Shown: piece after piece, positions 42,707-56,420 of the stretch
How the letters are laid out: every line of letters starts with the position of its first letter
Position numbering within the stretch: the stretch's first letter is position 1
Origin: Syncephalis fuscata S228
Lineage: Eukaryota > Fungi > Zoopagomycota
Reading direction: 5' to 3'
Length of the DNA stretch: 64,000 nt
Assembly (NCBI GenBank): GCA_025786725.1
Contig: JAHLTZ010000010.1
Location: forward strand, 310,001-374,000
Position numbers and translations under genes: made by a program
Notes under the pieces: model-generated
What the model saw: the letters and a program-made list of their open reading frames with translations, nothing else
The model's database searches: none
Told to the model about the DNA's origin: nothing

Positions 42707-44911
42707 TGACTGTGTCGCTGACCAGCGGCGATATTAACTAACAAATAGTAGAAATGCCAACGATAGATGGGTAGTGATCGAAATAGAAAAAACAAACGGA
42801 TAAGCGAACGATGGCAAAGCAAGAACAATTCAAGTAGAAATAGGATGCGCGCTTGTAATTATTTAAAAGAGAATGATGCAGACACAACCTGAGTCAATCA
42901 GAATGGATAACTATATTATTGCATTAAAAATGTAAATAATCCAAGGCACTAGTAATGGTAAGTTGCTGTAAAAAGTTTGAATGCACTAGAAAAGCTTGAT
43001 GAATAGAAATATGATGGATAGGACAAGAGAAGAATGTTACGGTTATTTGACAGTAGTGTCAACAAAGGGCCTTGAGCTGTGACCTATAGTCAATACGGTG
43101 GCTAAACTGCAGAAATGATGACATTGTAGTCACATACTTGTACAGTCAGTGTATCACAACCAACAGGTTATTACTACTGAGACTTAAAAGCTGTGTAGGG
43201 GTTACGGGTAATTAAATGGACCAGATTTCGGGGGAAAAGGCACAGCTGTTCGTTTTAGATAATTGACTATGGCTTGTCCCACCGTAATTGTTCGCTATTT
43301 CCCTCCTCTATGCATGGTAGCCCACTTGTTCACAGTAGCTATCGATATATCATCAATACAGAAAATCACGTCTTCAAACTAATACTGGTTAGCTGTAGGT
43401 GGTTTTAAATTCCGAAGCTGCATCAAATGGTGGTCATCTACATTGGGTGTTTGTCACTGCCATGTTAGGCTGAAGCAAGTTTCATCGTTACTCTTATTAT
43501 GGACAAAATAGGAACCGACAGTGAAAAACCTGATCAATTTACAGCGGAGCTCTAGTTTACTTTCTTCTTTTGGTCAGCTTCGTGATGTTCATTGCCAGTG
43601 TAACCGGTGGATAGTTATCTACATGGTGTGCACTATCAGTGCTGATAGCATGATAAATCTTGGCAAAATAAAGGAACTGTACAGTTACAAACTAACTGGC
43701 TGTATCATATAACTATTCATTATGTTTTATAAATCACGTATACATTTCTGAATAGGGATAGATAAATATAGAGAGGGGATAGTTTTGACAAGGAGTCTAT
43801 CTGTTTCAGCGTATCCTTCTAATTTACTTTTTGTTTCTAATATTTTAATTCTAGATTTTCGAATTAAATGTACCTTCAGGGACAGAATAAAACATATGGA
43901 GTTGCTAAATATAACAATAACAAATGAATTTATTTGGTTTTCGTATATTATGATACACTGTAACGCATATGTTGATGCCATCGCCTTTGTAAATGGCATA
44001 GCTAAAACAACCAGAACTATTACACTAAATTCAAAATTGTTATTCTACAATAATGCATTACAATAAAACTACGTATATTTGTACAATAGTATTCAGTGGC
44101 ACGTCTAGTAAAACATATCAATCTAAAAATAGTATATAATAACAGAAATACTAAGCAAATAATACAAGTTTACGCTGGTTAGTATTGTGATATATTTTAA
44201 GCAATAGAACGATTGAGATATAAATAGCGCCAATAATATATAAATATATATATGTTGCTTTTGTTTATAATATTTATTAATAACACAAGAAAGGTAGTGA
44301 AACAGTATTGATAAATAGTAGTAAATAATATAATAATTATGCACTACCAACTTTACAAATCATTGCACTGACATCAGTAATATTATAGAGTATCATGTAT
44401 TATCTATATAATAGAATGATTCAAGTTAATATAGCACAGTTAAAATCAGTTATTTAATTGTATTTGAATGATAAAAAATAATAATGTTATAATGTTAGTG
44501 CTTGCACCAACAATTGTATCCCAAATGCCATATTTCATATAAAACATCTCTAGTGCGTCAGTCCTTTGAGTTACCGAGTACTGCTGTAGATATTTAGTGT
44601 GACTATCCTATTACGAGGTTAATATGCTTTGCCATGTTATTAAACCAAAATGGATGTCGTTTCAGCTGTCGGACGGTTTAATTGGTGCTTCTTTGCTCAC
44701 GTGACTTTAGAAAAAGAAAAATCACTTTTACAATGGTATTGTTGACTTCATAACTCATTCCACTTCGCCGTGCTGTTATACTACTCTGTAGATTGTTGTT
44801 GCTGTTATTTTTATTGCCGATCTTGGTATTAAACTTTTCGTATATCTAGCAGAGATAAGAAGGCACAAGCGAGGGATATATAGCCTGGAACCACGACTAT
44901 TTATCTGTACC

Positions 44912-47233
44912 ATGGTGTCCACCATTCAAGCAAATTTGGCCACCATGCAGGATGACACTGGGTCTACGGCCGAGGCCGGTAAGCCGGCGGTCAAAACGGA
45001 CGAGACACAAGCCATGCGCGAGAATGCCATATTTCTAACCATGACATTTGCCGCTACCGCACTAAAAGACCATAAACAAGTAAGTATCAAGTAGATTAAC
45101 ACGAGTGGTAGCAGCGATAGCAACAATAACAACAACACCTACTAACTTCTGAATTGATTAGGGAGATTTGCGGCGCTACAACGATATGGTACATAAACTA
45201 TCGGATCGCAATGAACTTACACCTGAAAAACAACTACACTGGCTTGCTGCCTTAACCAATTACGTATCAGCATTGACGCCAGAATGCTCTACGCTTGTTG
45301 AAGCATCCTGGCCTGGCAATGGTCGGCTTGGGAGAATTTAATGCTAGTCAAAGCATATGCTACCTTTTTTGAACATCTAGTATCAGCCCAAGCATTTTAC
45401 GTTGTACCAGTAATGCGATCGCTAGTTAGTTGCTTCCGATCATGTAAGTAGCTATTCGTGTAATATTGCCATTTATTAACAACTTGTCACAGATGCCAAC
45501 GATGGCGTGGATGCATCTCATAAACAAAGAATTAAGCCGGATACTGTCCGACTTGTACATGACCGTGTTCATCGAGCGCTTCATCGTATTATTTCGTTAA
45601 TTCCGACTGCCACGCCTAAATTGGCGACTGTGTTGTCTGAAAATTTTCCCTATAAATTAGACACCACTATAGCGCAGACTACATATTTAAAGAATGTACT
45701 TTGTGTACTTGAATATGCACCCATGCTACGTGACTCTTTGTTACAAACGACGATTGAACGTCTTCTTCGTATAGATGTATGTAGTAAACACAATTATTGT
45801 AGTGCATAGACCAATTATTAATAATGTTGTTAGGTGGATATTCAAGTTGAACTGGACGAACTTGATGACAATGAAGACGAAGACGATCTAGCAGACGATA
45901 TGTTTGCCATGGAGAATAATGATACTTTTGGCAAAACGATGGATGGCGAGGAAGCACATACAGATGAAGAAGACGAAGAAGACGGAGAGACAGATGAAGA
46001 GGATGGCTATGAGACAGAAGAAGAGCCTGAAGTATTAGTAGAAGAGCCGGCCGAAATGAGTGTAGCCGAAATCCGTGGATTATCCGATAAATTAGATCAA
46101 ATGATGGTATTAGTGTTTGAATATCTTAATGTTAGACGAGTACGATATCCAAATGCATCCACAGAGGATTTCTACTTGTTATTGGATATATTTGATCGTT
46201 CTATTCTATGTACATTCAAATCGCGTCATACACAATTTCTTCTATTTAATGCTGCATCGGTTAATAACGAACTGGCCGATATATTTCTAGGCCATCTTAT
46301 GAGCAAATTATGCAATACTGCTAATTCCAGTGTTATTCGTGTAGCTGCTGCCTCATACCTTGCTTCATTTGTAGCCAGGGCCTCATTCCTATCGCGTGAT
46401 ACCATACGTAATGTTATGAAGATACTTGTAGGATGGGCTCAAATCTACGTTAACGATCACGAAACCGAAACGACCTTTCCAGATCTTGAACGGTACACGG
46501 TCTTCTACACAGCTGTACAAGCCATCATTTACATCTTCTGTTTCCGTTGGCGTGATCTTCGTATGGATACTGTTTTAGAAGAGGCCAATGCTGCACTATT
46601 GATTGATAATACAACAACAGCAGCAACAGCAGTAACATCAGATAGTAATCAACAAGAATGGTTCTCTGGATTAGCTGGGTTACAGCCTATTCTAACATCA
46701 AAGTTTAATCCACTAAAGGTAATGAGATTAATACATGATTAACATACAGTATTTATTAACTCATTATTTATTAATAGGTATGCTCACCAAGTGTAGTTCA
46801 ACAATTTGCCCGACTTACCCGTCGACTCAACTTCCTCTATGTCTATCCAATTATTGAACGCAATAAGCATATTTATCTATCATCTCGTCATAATAACAAA
46901 TCAATGAAGAGTAAAATAAGCTTTGAACTAGAAGCATTCTTCCCCTTTGATCCATATCGTCTAGCTCAATCAAGTCGATATGTAGATCAACTATACCAAG
47001 AATGGCAACCAGATAGTGACGCTGAAGAGGAAGAAGAGGAAGAAGAGGAAGACGAAGAAGACGAAGAAGACTACGACGAAGAAGATGATATACTACTAAA
47101 ACAAACGGGCAGTACACTAGCTCAAGCTTTATTAGATAATTCATTTGACGATACAACACTGGCCATGTCAATATCACCACAAGGTGGTCTACTAGATGCA
47201 CAACGACGAGCACTTTTATTTTCAAATGATTAA
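44912..47233 (+). CDS. RRN3: RNA polymerase I initiation factor Rrn3 (TIF-IA); apparent frameshift at ~45305
   Basis: LSENFPY, ERLLRIDVDIQVELDEL, KLDQMM, TFKSRHTQFLLF, AASYLASFVARA, FYTAVQAIIYIFCFRWRDL, FNPLKVC, FFPFDPY. Confidence 0.96.
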
Positions 47234-47342
47234 CTTGTGGTATAATACTAACAGTAGTAGTAGTAGTAACAATAATTATAATAAAGTAATAGAAGTAATA
47301 ACATAAATGACAATATAATAAAATGAATAAAATATAACCAGT

Positions 47343-48685
47343 CTAGTATAACATATTACCCAGACGGCGACGACGTGTAGTTATAGTGTGTCTAGATGCA
47401 GCACGGGTAATAGGTCGATCACGGGCCACTGCAGCTACAATGGCAAAAGTATCAGATAATGTAGTACCAGGTAGTGCAATGGATGTAACATGACTACTAT
47501 TGCTAGTGTTGTTGTTACTGTTATTGTTACTGTTATGACGTGACATAAAAGTATGATTATTACGCTGACCACGTGATGATCGTGAACGTAGTTTATGAAC
47601 TGGTTCAGCATAATCCTGATCACGGTCATCATCATCATCGTCATCATCATCTATATCATCCATATCATCATCGTCATTATCTGAAGAAGATGTAAATTGA
47701 TCAACAAGTGTAGTAGTTGATTTAGAACGGAATGGTGTAGATGTAGATGTCGATGTAGAATTAGTATTAGAATTAGTGGATTTAATACGGGATCGAAGGG
47801 CCCGAGAAGGTGGATGATTATTACTATTACTATTAGATGATTTAGATGACTTGATATGATCTTCATTCAAATGGCGATGTGTATCTTCAATTGATTGCGT
47901 TGATTCATGAGGTGGTGAAGCAGGTGGAGATGGTGGTAATTTAGCTGTATTAGAAGATGATTCAGTCTTGAGTTTAGATTTTGACACTGTCTCTTGATGA
48001 GATTCATTGCGTTTACGTAAACGAGTAGGCTGTAAACGCATCTGTTGTTTATCTTCTGGTGCTGTAGAAGTAGTGGTTATTGGATCAGTGATAGTAATTA
48101 CTCTACGGCGTAGTCGACGTGTAGGCGGTGATCGATCATGTCGTGTTGATGAAGATGATCTAGATGAAGTAGGAGAGGCTGATGATTTAGTACGGGGTCG
48201 TTTACGACTTGATTCCAAGTCTTCATTTTTAGATTTGCTGTTATTACTGTTACTATTGTTATTGTTATTAGAAGAAGAAGGGTCAAATGATGAATAAGTG
48301 TCGGATGTATTAGATGGTGGTAATTGAACAAATCTGCCTCTTAGCCAAAGACCCGGTTCAGTTGTTGATGGCTGTTTAGATGTGGTTGTTGTGGTTGTTG
48401 TTGATGATGACGATGATAAGTGACTTTCTTGATTTAAACATCCCACAAGTGATGATGGTCGTTTAATAGGCAATAAATTGTTTAATACTTTATGTTGTAA
48501 TTGTTCACGTTCGATTTGTTCACGCCATCGACGATGGGCGAATATTTCTTCTTCTCTTAATCGTTCACGTTTCTCTTGTTTTTCAAATCGATTATGTCGA
48601 CGGATATAGAAAGCATCATCGGTATTTTCTTCCTTATGGGTCAATTCATTCATCGATAAATTATCTCGTTTTGTTGTTGCTGTTA

Positions 48686-48729
<44 letters not shown>

Positions 48730-49282
48730 CTGGCTGTTGTAGTCGGTGCTATGAATAAAGGTGCCGTATTGTTATGACTACTGCCTCGAAGTCGTTGATT
48801 TACGCGTATTGATGGTGATGACGCTGATATTGTATCGTCGGATGATAATAATACAGTATCCTATTAAGTAACATTATTATTAGTATTAGTATTGGTTATA
48901 TTGATATGGAATGGATAGATAGAGCACTTACTTCTCGTCGACGCATAGAACGGCGTAGATTCCCAAGACTCTGCAATTCTTTACGATCCCATTGTGTACA
49001 GCCTGGCACGTCAATGACCGTTTTATGGTGAAGTAGGCCAGTGAGTGGTTGTGGTGGTGTAGCCGGTAAGTGTCGTTTACTCGCTGTTTTAGAAGACAGC
49101 TTTTTTGAGGGACCATTATTGGTCAAGGCCGGTGCTAGCACATGGATGATAATACGCCTAGTATCGCGTGTGTAGTTGCCACCTATCGGATGAGACCAAC
49201 TAACACCACCACCTTTACTATGGCTGGATCGAGGCGTGGTTGGTTTTATGTCCACCGAACGAGGAATACGGCGTGTTGTCAT
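47343..49282 (-). CDS. PEHE-motif (MSL1/KANSL1-like, Sas4-like) protein with long disordered regions; 2 exons
   Basis: IDVPGCTQW in exon 1 and ENTDDAFYIRRHNRFEKQEKR in exon 2. An intron at ~48861-48931 joins them in frame. Confidence 0.65.
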
Positions 49283-50099
49283 GATCCGAGTTGGTCTACA
49301 CGTACCGTATATACGTTGGTTGGTGGGCACGCGTACACAATATTTGTCAGATAGACTATAGTGAGTGGGCAAGAGTGTGTGTGAGAGAGAGACGCTGAAC
49401 GAATAAAAATAGAAAACGCTGGTGTGGTGGTAGTTTGTAAAAAGAATGCCAAGAGAAATTGTTGCCGTGTTGTTAATATTAAACGATAATAGTGGAGTAA
49501 TCTTTAGTGGTTTGGTATAGTGTCCGGGCGATACACGGTCTTAATGATAGACGACCCGTATGACCGTAGCTCGTTCAACTGTCACGGGAGAGAGAGAGAA
49601 AACAAGTCGACTGCTACGGCCAGTGTGAGATTGTGCGTGTGTGCGTGTGAGTGTGTGAATGTGAGAGGTGTAAAGTAAAACGGGTCAAAGAAAAAATGTA
49701 CTGCCACATGTACAATTTCTAAAACGTGACCAGAACGGAGGCTGCCATATTAGTGAATATACATGATAATATGGTAAATATTAAAAATATGGAGTTATTG
49801 TGCTTTGACTCTTATATTTTTATTTACTCATTTCACTTCCCTTTTCTTAATACTTTTAGACACAATTAAACACTTATTCATCGCTATAACATGTATAATA
49901 TTGCATCCAACATTAATTAACCCATGTGTAATTATCAATGCAATAATGTAATTACTTAGCTATATTTATTATTGCTTTAACATATATATATGCATTGTCA
50001 TTATGATACTGATTGTTCAAATGCCATTTATTTAGTCAGATTGGCTATAAGGGAAGTGGCTGTTTAATAAACAACACTTATAATAATTATATTAATATT

Positions 50100-50331
50100 G
50101 ATCTTACAGCACAAATATGCCCAAAATGTAATAGTAGAATATTAGAAAATAGAAAAGATTATTTAGATGTAATAATTCATGTTGTATATAGATGCAACAA
50201 CAACAAATGTGGAATAACATGAAATCGCAATCATATGGCTTTTATTAATATTCAATCAATCTTTCTACATATAGCCAACAACAACAATGACGACTCAAAT
50301 GTTTCAAAGAAATTAAATAATATGTTACATT
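50100..50331 (+). mobile_element. Degenerate Fanzor-element 3' fragment (copy 2)
   Basis: Translates LTAQICPKCNSRILENRKDYLDVIIHVVYRCNNNKCGIT*NRNHMAFINIQSIFLHIANNNN; collinear with the reverse complement of 31803-32033. Confidence 0.78.
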
Positions 50332-50517
50332 AACTAATTGGCACAATTTCAGTAATTATCATATTAAGAATTAGAATTTATTGTATATGTTTAGTGTGAT
50401 TAAGGATATTAAAAGATTTTATTTCACATTTTTGTACTATAAACTAATGGTGGCAATGCTTGCTTGAACTATGTCTAATTGATGCATGTTATGGTATTGA
50501 TATTTCAAACGGACTGA

Positions 50518-51469
50518 TTATATAGCATAGGTGGTATCTGCAGTGGCGATTTGAGAAAGATGAAGGATATGGTGGGTTTTTGGTTGATTTGAGATAGCAA
50601 CATTTCGAATGCTCCAACAATGATTTACCAGAATCGTGGAGACAATGGCCCTATTGATGGCATTAGTTAGTTGTAAATATGTGTGTGTTAAAAATGGCTT
50701 ACCAGTCTAACGGGAATAGCATATCAGAATAGTTACCGGCTACTCGGAAAATGATAAGGAAGCAGCACACGATATTACAGAGTACAGCTAGACACATTGC
50801 TTGAATACCGTTATGGGCCAAGCGTTTCCAAGCATCGGATCCAAATTGGCAATATTGCTTATAGGCTACACGGCAAAAGATGGTCGAGAAAAGTATAGTA
50901 CTTGCAGCATTGATGCCAAACCAATACCACGGTATAAATGACGGGTAGTGCATACCACACGCCCCACCTACATCGGTAGTAACATAGGATAGAAATACAA
51001 TAAATAAGCCGTAGCCCAGCTGCGGAAGAATGAGAGGGAAACCAATGTAGAGTAGCCATTTTTGTCGGTATACAATAATATAGGCTTTGCGTAGCAGTAG
51101 TAAACTGTTACAAAACTGTGCACAGGATAGGCTTAGCGAGCCAATCCATATAAGTATACGGCAAGAGACATTATCGAAAGCAATAAGAATAATCTGGATA
51201 CTGAATATGGCACCGGGCAATGAACCAGCAAAGCAACACCATAAAGAAAGACTGCGATTATTTAAATGAATCATTCGAGCGGACCGTACAAAATTACGTA
51301 AAAATATAAATGATACGAGTATTAAAAGCATCGTATGTGCTTGCATACTGATTAAACGGATACGCTGTTGTTTAATATCACCGGATACATCGAAATAGAA
51401 ATCATATAGGCTTTGTTCGCCACTAGGATGAAGAGCAATACCGCCTAGTTTTGGGCATTTGTCATCCAT
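50518..51469 (-). CDS. Orphan 7TM GPCR-like membrane protein (paralogue 3, more divergent); 2 exons
   Basis: Seven hydrophobic segments, SCR at the top of TM3, LLLRKAY, ECL2 GAC, GIQAMCLAVLCNI. An intron interrupts TM7 (PLD-W|AIVSTILVNH). Confidence 0.75.
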
Positions 51470-52697
51470 ATTAAAGTTTCTGGGCGGTGATAATCGATTC
51501 TAGGCATTGGAGCATTGAATACAGTGGTGATGGTAATGTAAAGATGTGTAGACACAAAGCTAACTAACTACGTAATAAACTAACTAATAAACTAACAAAC
51601 AAATAAACAAACAACTAGTGATACAATAAAAATGCATGTGTGTGGTGGTAGGCTAAACTAAAACTCGTAGATACGATGCATGCTTTGCCGAATGATAATC
51701 TATTTAAATCTAAAATGTGGATTTATTAGTACAAACCGGTATATTGTGTATTGCATCTCCTATAGCTACTTTGGCAAATGTACTGGAACAATTTAATAAA
51801 TTTGTGCTAGGAAAGTGGACAATGGTTGTAGCATGATTGAATTTGACACAAATACCGGTTAAAGTCTAACATTGTGCGTTCACCCCTGCTTCACTAGCTT
51901 TTCTCGGGCTAAATAGAACACAGCATGGCGTGTGATTTATTCCGTGTTCATTATGGCAATGATCTTTATTCAACTTGTGCAGTATTCGATTATAAATGGA
52001 TAATCTGTTAAAGCAATGTTCTGAATGTATTTAAAAATTATTGTCTATAATTTATATCACTAAAGTTATTAATGGCTTTTGTAATATATGCTATATATTT
52101 TGTTATTATTTAATGATTGATAATATATTACAAACAATGTTTGCGACTCAGGGTATTAGTCATATATTTTTGCTTTTTCATAGTGTAACAGCGGTATTTA
52201 CGAATAATTACATTATCCAAATTGAGCATTCCATACAATGTGTCATGGGGCAATAAAGAAGTTGTAATCTGCTGCTTACTACTTTTTTATCATTTCTATA
52301 ATTCACCATACTAAACTATGATAAATACACAATCTAGCGAAACAGCTGTTACAGACATCTTAAGTATTATTGTCAATTTACTCCTTTCTTTCCACCATGT
52401 TTTATACATGAGCAATCCTATTGCCCTGATAGTATACTTTAGATTAGTATCTGAGCATTAATATAATTTATCAAAAGTTGCTGTAAAAATGAACAGCGCT
52501 ATTGTTAAATAAAAGATATCATGTTTAATAGCTTTATATTTTTGTAACTTTAATATTATTATACGCTATACGACATTCTTTCAACACAAATAGCATTTGA
52601 TCAAATAGTTCATTAACATTTTATTCGTTTGAATTTTACTTAATAATACCGAAAGAAAAAGGAAATACTGAGGAAATAATTGTTGGTTTTTGTTGAG

Positions 52698-54191
52698 TTA
52701 CACTTCTTCAATCTCTTTGGCTGGCTCGTTTTTCAATAGTTCGGCTTGTTCCTCCTGCCATTTATCATTACGGAATTCATTTTCCCACTTGGCTACAACA
52801 ACAGTGGCCAAGCAGTTACCAAGAATATTGGTGCCAGTTCGGGCCATGTCCATAATGGCATCAACACCCATAATAAGTGGGATGGCCTCCATAGGGATTT
52901 CAAAGTTACTAAGAGCGCCTGAAAGTACAACTAGAGAGGCACGCGGCACACCGGCGACACCTTTGCTGGTCAACATCAGGGTAAGCATAATAACAATTTG
53001 CTTAGACACCGACAGGTCAATGCTAGATGCTTGTGCGCAAAATACGGCTGCCAATGAAAGATAGAGCGTGGTGCCGTCCAAGTTGAAACTGTAACCGGTA
53101 GGTAACACAAATCCCACCACTTTTCGTGAACAGCCGAGGGTGTAAAGATTCTCCATTGCCTTGGGCAGAGCCGCCTCAGAGGAAGCGGTCGAAAAACCGA
53201 TAAGGACGGGCTGGCCAACAGCATTGAAAAAGTCACGGAAAGGCACACGGGTAAGGAGAATGACAGGGAGAATTACAATTAGAACGAAGACAGCCAGTGC
53301 ACCATACAAAGTGCCAATCAATTTGCCCAATGAGGCGAGTACATGAATGCCGTTGGCACCGATGGTGGCAGCCATAGCTGCACCAATACCGATAGGAGCA
53401 AAGTACATGATGATAGCGGTAACCTTGAACATAATTTCGCTCAAAGATTCACAAAACTCCAACATTGGTCGCTTGAGCCGACCATTCTGAACTTTAATAA
53501 TGCCAATGGCAAATATAATCGAACAAGCAACAACCTGCAATACTTGATTTTCCGCAGCAGCAGCAAAGAAACTTTCAGGGACAATGGCAAAGAGCTCATC
53601 CGACCATGATTGCTCCTTCTTGGCCAGACTTTTACCAACATCGGAAGTCTGGTTCTCAAGACTGACACCAACACCAGGACGAGTAACGTTAACGGCGACC
53701 AGACCAATGGCCAATGCAAGGGTAGTAATAACTTCAAAGTAAACAATAGCCTTGATGAACATACGACCAACGGCGGCAAGATCGTCACCGTGGCCGGCAA
53801 CGCCAACTACTAGCGTGGAAAACAACAGCGGAACAATTAAAGTCTTGATCATACGAAGGAAGAGCGTGGCCAGTGGTTTTAATTCAACACCAAAGCTGGG
53901 AGCAAGCCAGCCAATAAGTAGGCCAACGATCATGGAGATGATAATCCAGTAGGAAAGCTAGCCGTACAGCAGTCAGTAAAGATGTTACACCTTTTAATTA
54001 TGTACATACCTTAATCATAGATAGATAGCGAAATGCAAACCTCACCGGCATAAAGAGGGTGGACATAGCTTTAGAAAACTTGCTTTTGGAGCTGGTGGCG
54101 CTGGAGGACCCGGTGGCGGCGCCTTCTCGTCGATAAACTCGGTTACATGATGCTGTTGCTCCTCATGTGCGTTAATGGTGAGCGGCTGCAT
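52698..54191 (-). CDS. Dicarboxylate/amino acid:cation symporter (DAACS/SDF; GltP/DctA-like); 2 exons
   Basis: FLRMIKTLIVPLLFSTL, YFEVITTLAL, FSTASSEAALP, GYSFNLDGTTLY, SKGVAGVPRAS, GVDAIMDMARTGTNILGN; intron 53958-54009. Confidence 0.94.
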
Positions 54192-56420
54192 TGTAAGTAA
54201 TTATTAAGTCGGTTTTGTGAGAACAAAAAACAAAATTCTAGTGCAATACGAAGTTTTAAGAAAAAGAATAGTAGCAAGCAGTGTCAATGGATAATTGGTC
54301 CGTTAAAATTGAAATAACGGTAGTGTAAAGCACAAGTATGCGTAAGCAACACAAAATGGCGAAACAAAATTGCCTGTAGAGAAGAATAGGCGGTTAAAAT
54401 AGCGTTAGTAAAGAAAAAGATTTGTAGCGCTCGAAGAATTCGTGCTAAGAAGAGGCTTCATTTATAGATGTTTAAGTGGATCTGAAGCATCTTACACTTT
54501 AAGGGTACTTTCGAGCTGGTGTGGAGATTTATTTCTAGTCCAGCAACAACAGTTGCTATCAAGCAGGGACTCCGACAAAGCAACTGGTCGGATTTGATGT
54601 TGCATCACATGTGCACCAAACGTGTTTGTACAAGTCCACCTGTTTATTCAGCCCCAAAAGGAAGCAATAGGCAAACACGACAAACATTAAAAAATGATAG
54701 CACACTGTGTAATGTCAGGTGGATAAATGTTACCCTTTGGCCGTCCACTGTACTACACCACTCCGCAATAGCATACTCTGTTACAAGTTTGAGAAAATGA
54801 AAACAAAGACCTCAGCACCATTACACGGGTATTTACGCTGAAACTTACCGTAGCTGCCTTTAATGGATGCTTTAAATTGCTCTTTGACAAAACGGATTGT
54901 AAATAAAAGTGGAAATAAGCAAAATGGAAAAAATAAAGAAACAAATTAGGTAAGTTGAGCGTGGTAAAAATTAAACCAAAGTGCTATCCACGTCATAAAG
55001 GTCGTGTGAAGATAAGGATAGAAAACTGAACGAAAACCAAATACTACGAAGGTACACTTGCATACCAGTAAGCCGACAAAGCAGTGACAGCAAACAGTAT
55101 AGAGTAGACTGCGGTCAAGGCCAAAATGAACTATTGAGCGTTTTAAAAAACAGGAATGTGCACAGATCGATATGTAACTAAATGACATATTAAGCTTGTA
55201 AATGATTAACTAGTGCTATAAAATGTATTGTCATTAGCTTCGTCACCATAAACGATGCATTAATTGGTTTGAGTATGCATTAGCACGCTAGCATGGCAAC
55301 CAGCCGTACGCAGGCCGCCTGATTAGCGCATAATTTACGGGCCCCTTGGCATTCCCCGGCAAATGGAAAAAGTAATTTGTAGGAGTTTTGTTGTATTATT
55401 ACCAATTAATGAATAGATTGGCAACTATCAAAAGTAATGGGCACTCTATCAGAGCCATTGGATAAAACATAATGTAGCGTGCCATGTGCAGGCACTCAAA
55501 CAGTTCTTTCCGTTGCGGAGTGCATTGCGGAGTGCCGCCCAATCAGGAAATAGCACATCTGCTAAATATGTAATGCTAAAGCCATTATCAAATAAAAGTG
55601 CCACAAGAAAAAAACACTAATGTGCACATTTGCCAGAACAAAGTATTTGAACAAAGAAATGGCTTTGTGTTCAAATTGTTATAGATCTATATAGGCCTTT
55701 TTACGACCAAGCGCCATTAGTACTAAATAATGGCAAGTATTAGATTCATTTATAAATACAACAGTATTTTTTAATTACTTTTTTAAAGACTTGACACTAA
55801 TAACAAAGTTTCAAGCTAAATTATAACTTACACAGCCTCTTCCTTAAACCCCCCAAACACATACAAGTAACCGACCAGGATGGCGTAAAAATATATATTT
55901 GTTTCTGCTCTTCGATACTTATTATAGGCCTTGTGCCAACTTATCGGTACTGATTGTCAGTCGACAGTTACACAACATCAACATTTAGCTTAGTACTATT
56001 AAAATAACGACTTTATTATAGTTATACACTGTTACTAATACTGTAAAACTTGGTATTTAACTTTAATTGCAGCATTTTTGTTTAAAATCCATGTTTTAAA
56101 CATTGTGCAGTTGTAGTATGTGTACAGAAATAACAATTTAGAAAATACTAATTTTTAATTTGCTAGATTGGTAGATTACCAACTGATCTACATGCTTTTC
56201 CATTCCATTCCATTATTTAATCTGATTTTATTTATGATGAATATTTGGTTAAAAATACATTTAAATTACTAAACAGTACGAAATTTTGAATTCCATGACG
56301 TTTTCCATATGGGACTGCTATTAGCGTGATTGCGTATTTGTGCAACCTAACTGCGCGGCCTTTTCAACGCCCACATCTTCGGCAATTACGCTTCTTCATC
56401 CATCTTTTACTTGTATAACC

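Noticed and set aside
43700-44400. AT-rich ORFs (43727-43999, 43785-44066, 44123-44350) as a possible transposon, Fanzor middle region or NUMT relic
   Set aside because: No recognisable motif and no second copy in the window; cannot be supported without a search.
50215-50225. In-frame TGA at a Trp position (copies 2 and 3) as a sign of an alternative genetic code or selenocysteine
   Set aside because: Host genes use TGA as stop (e.g. Polo kinase) and TGG for Trp, and the copies have other lesions, so this is pseudogene decay.
55510-55537. Direct repeat TTGCGGAGTGC x2
   Set aside because: Possibly a transcription-factor site, but too short and isolated to support.
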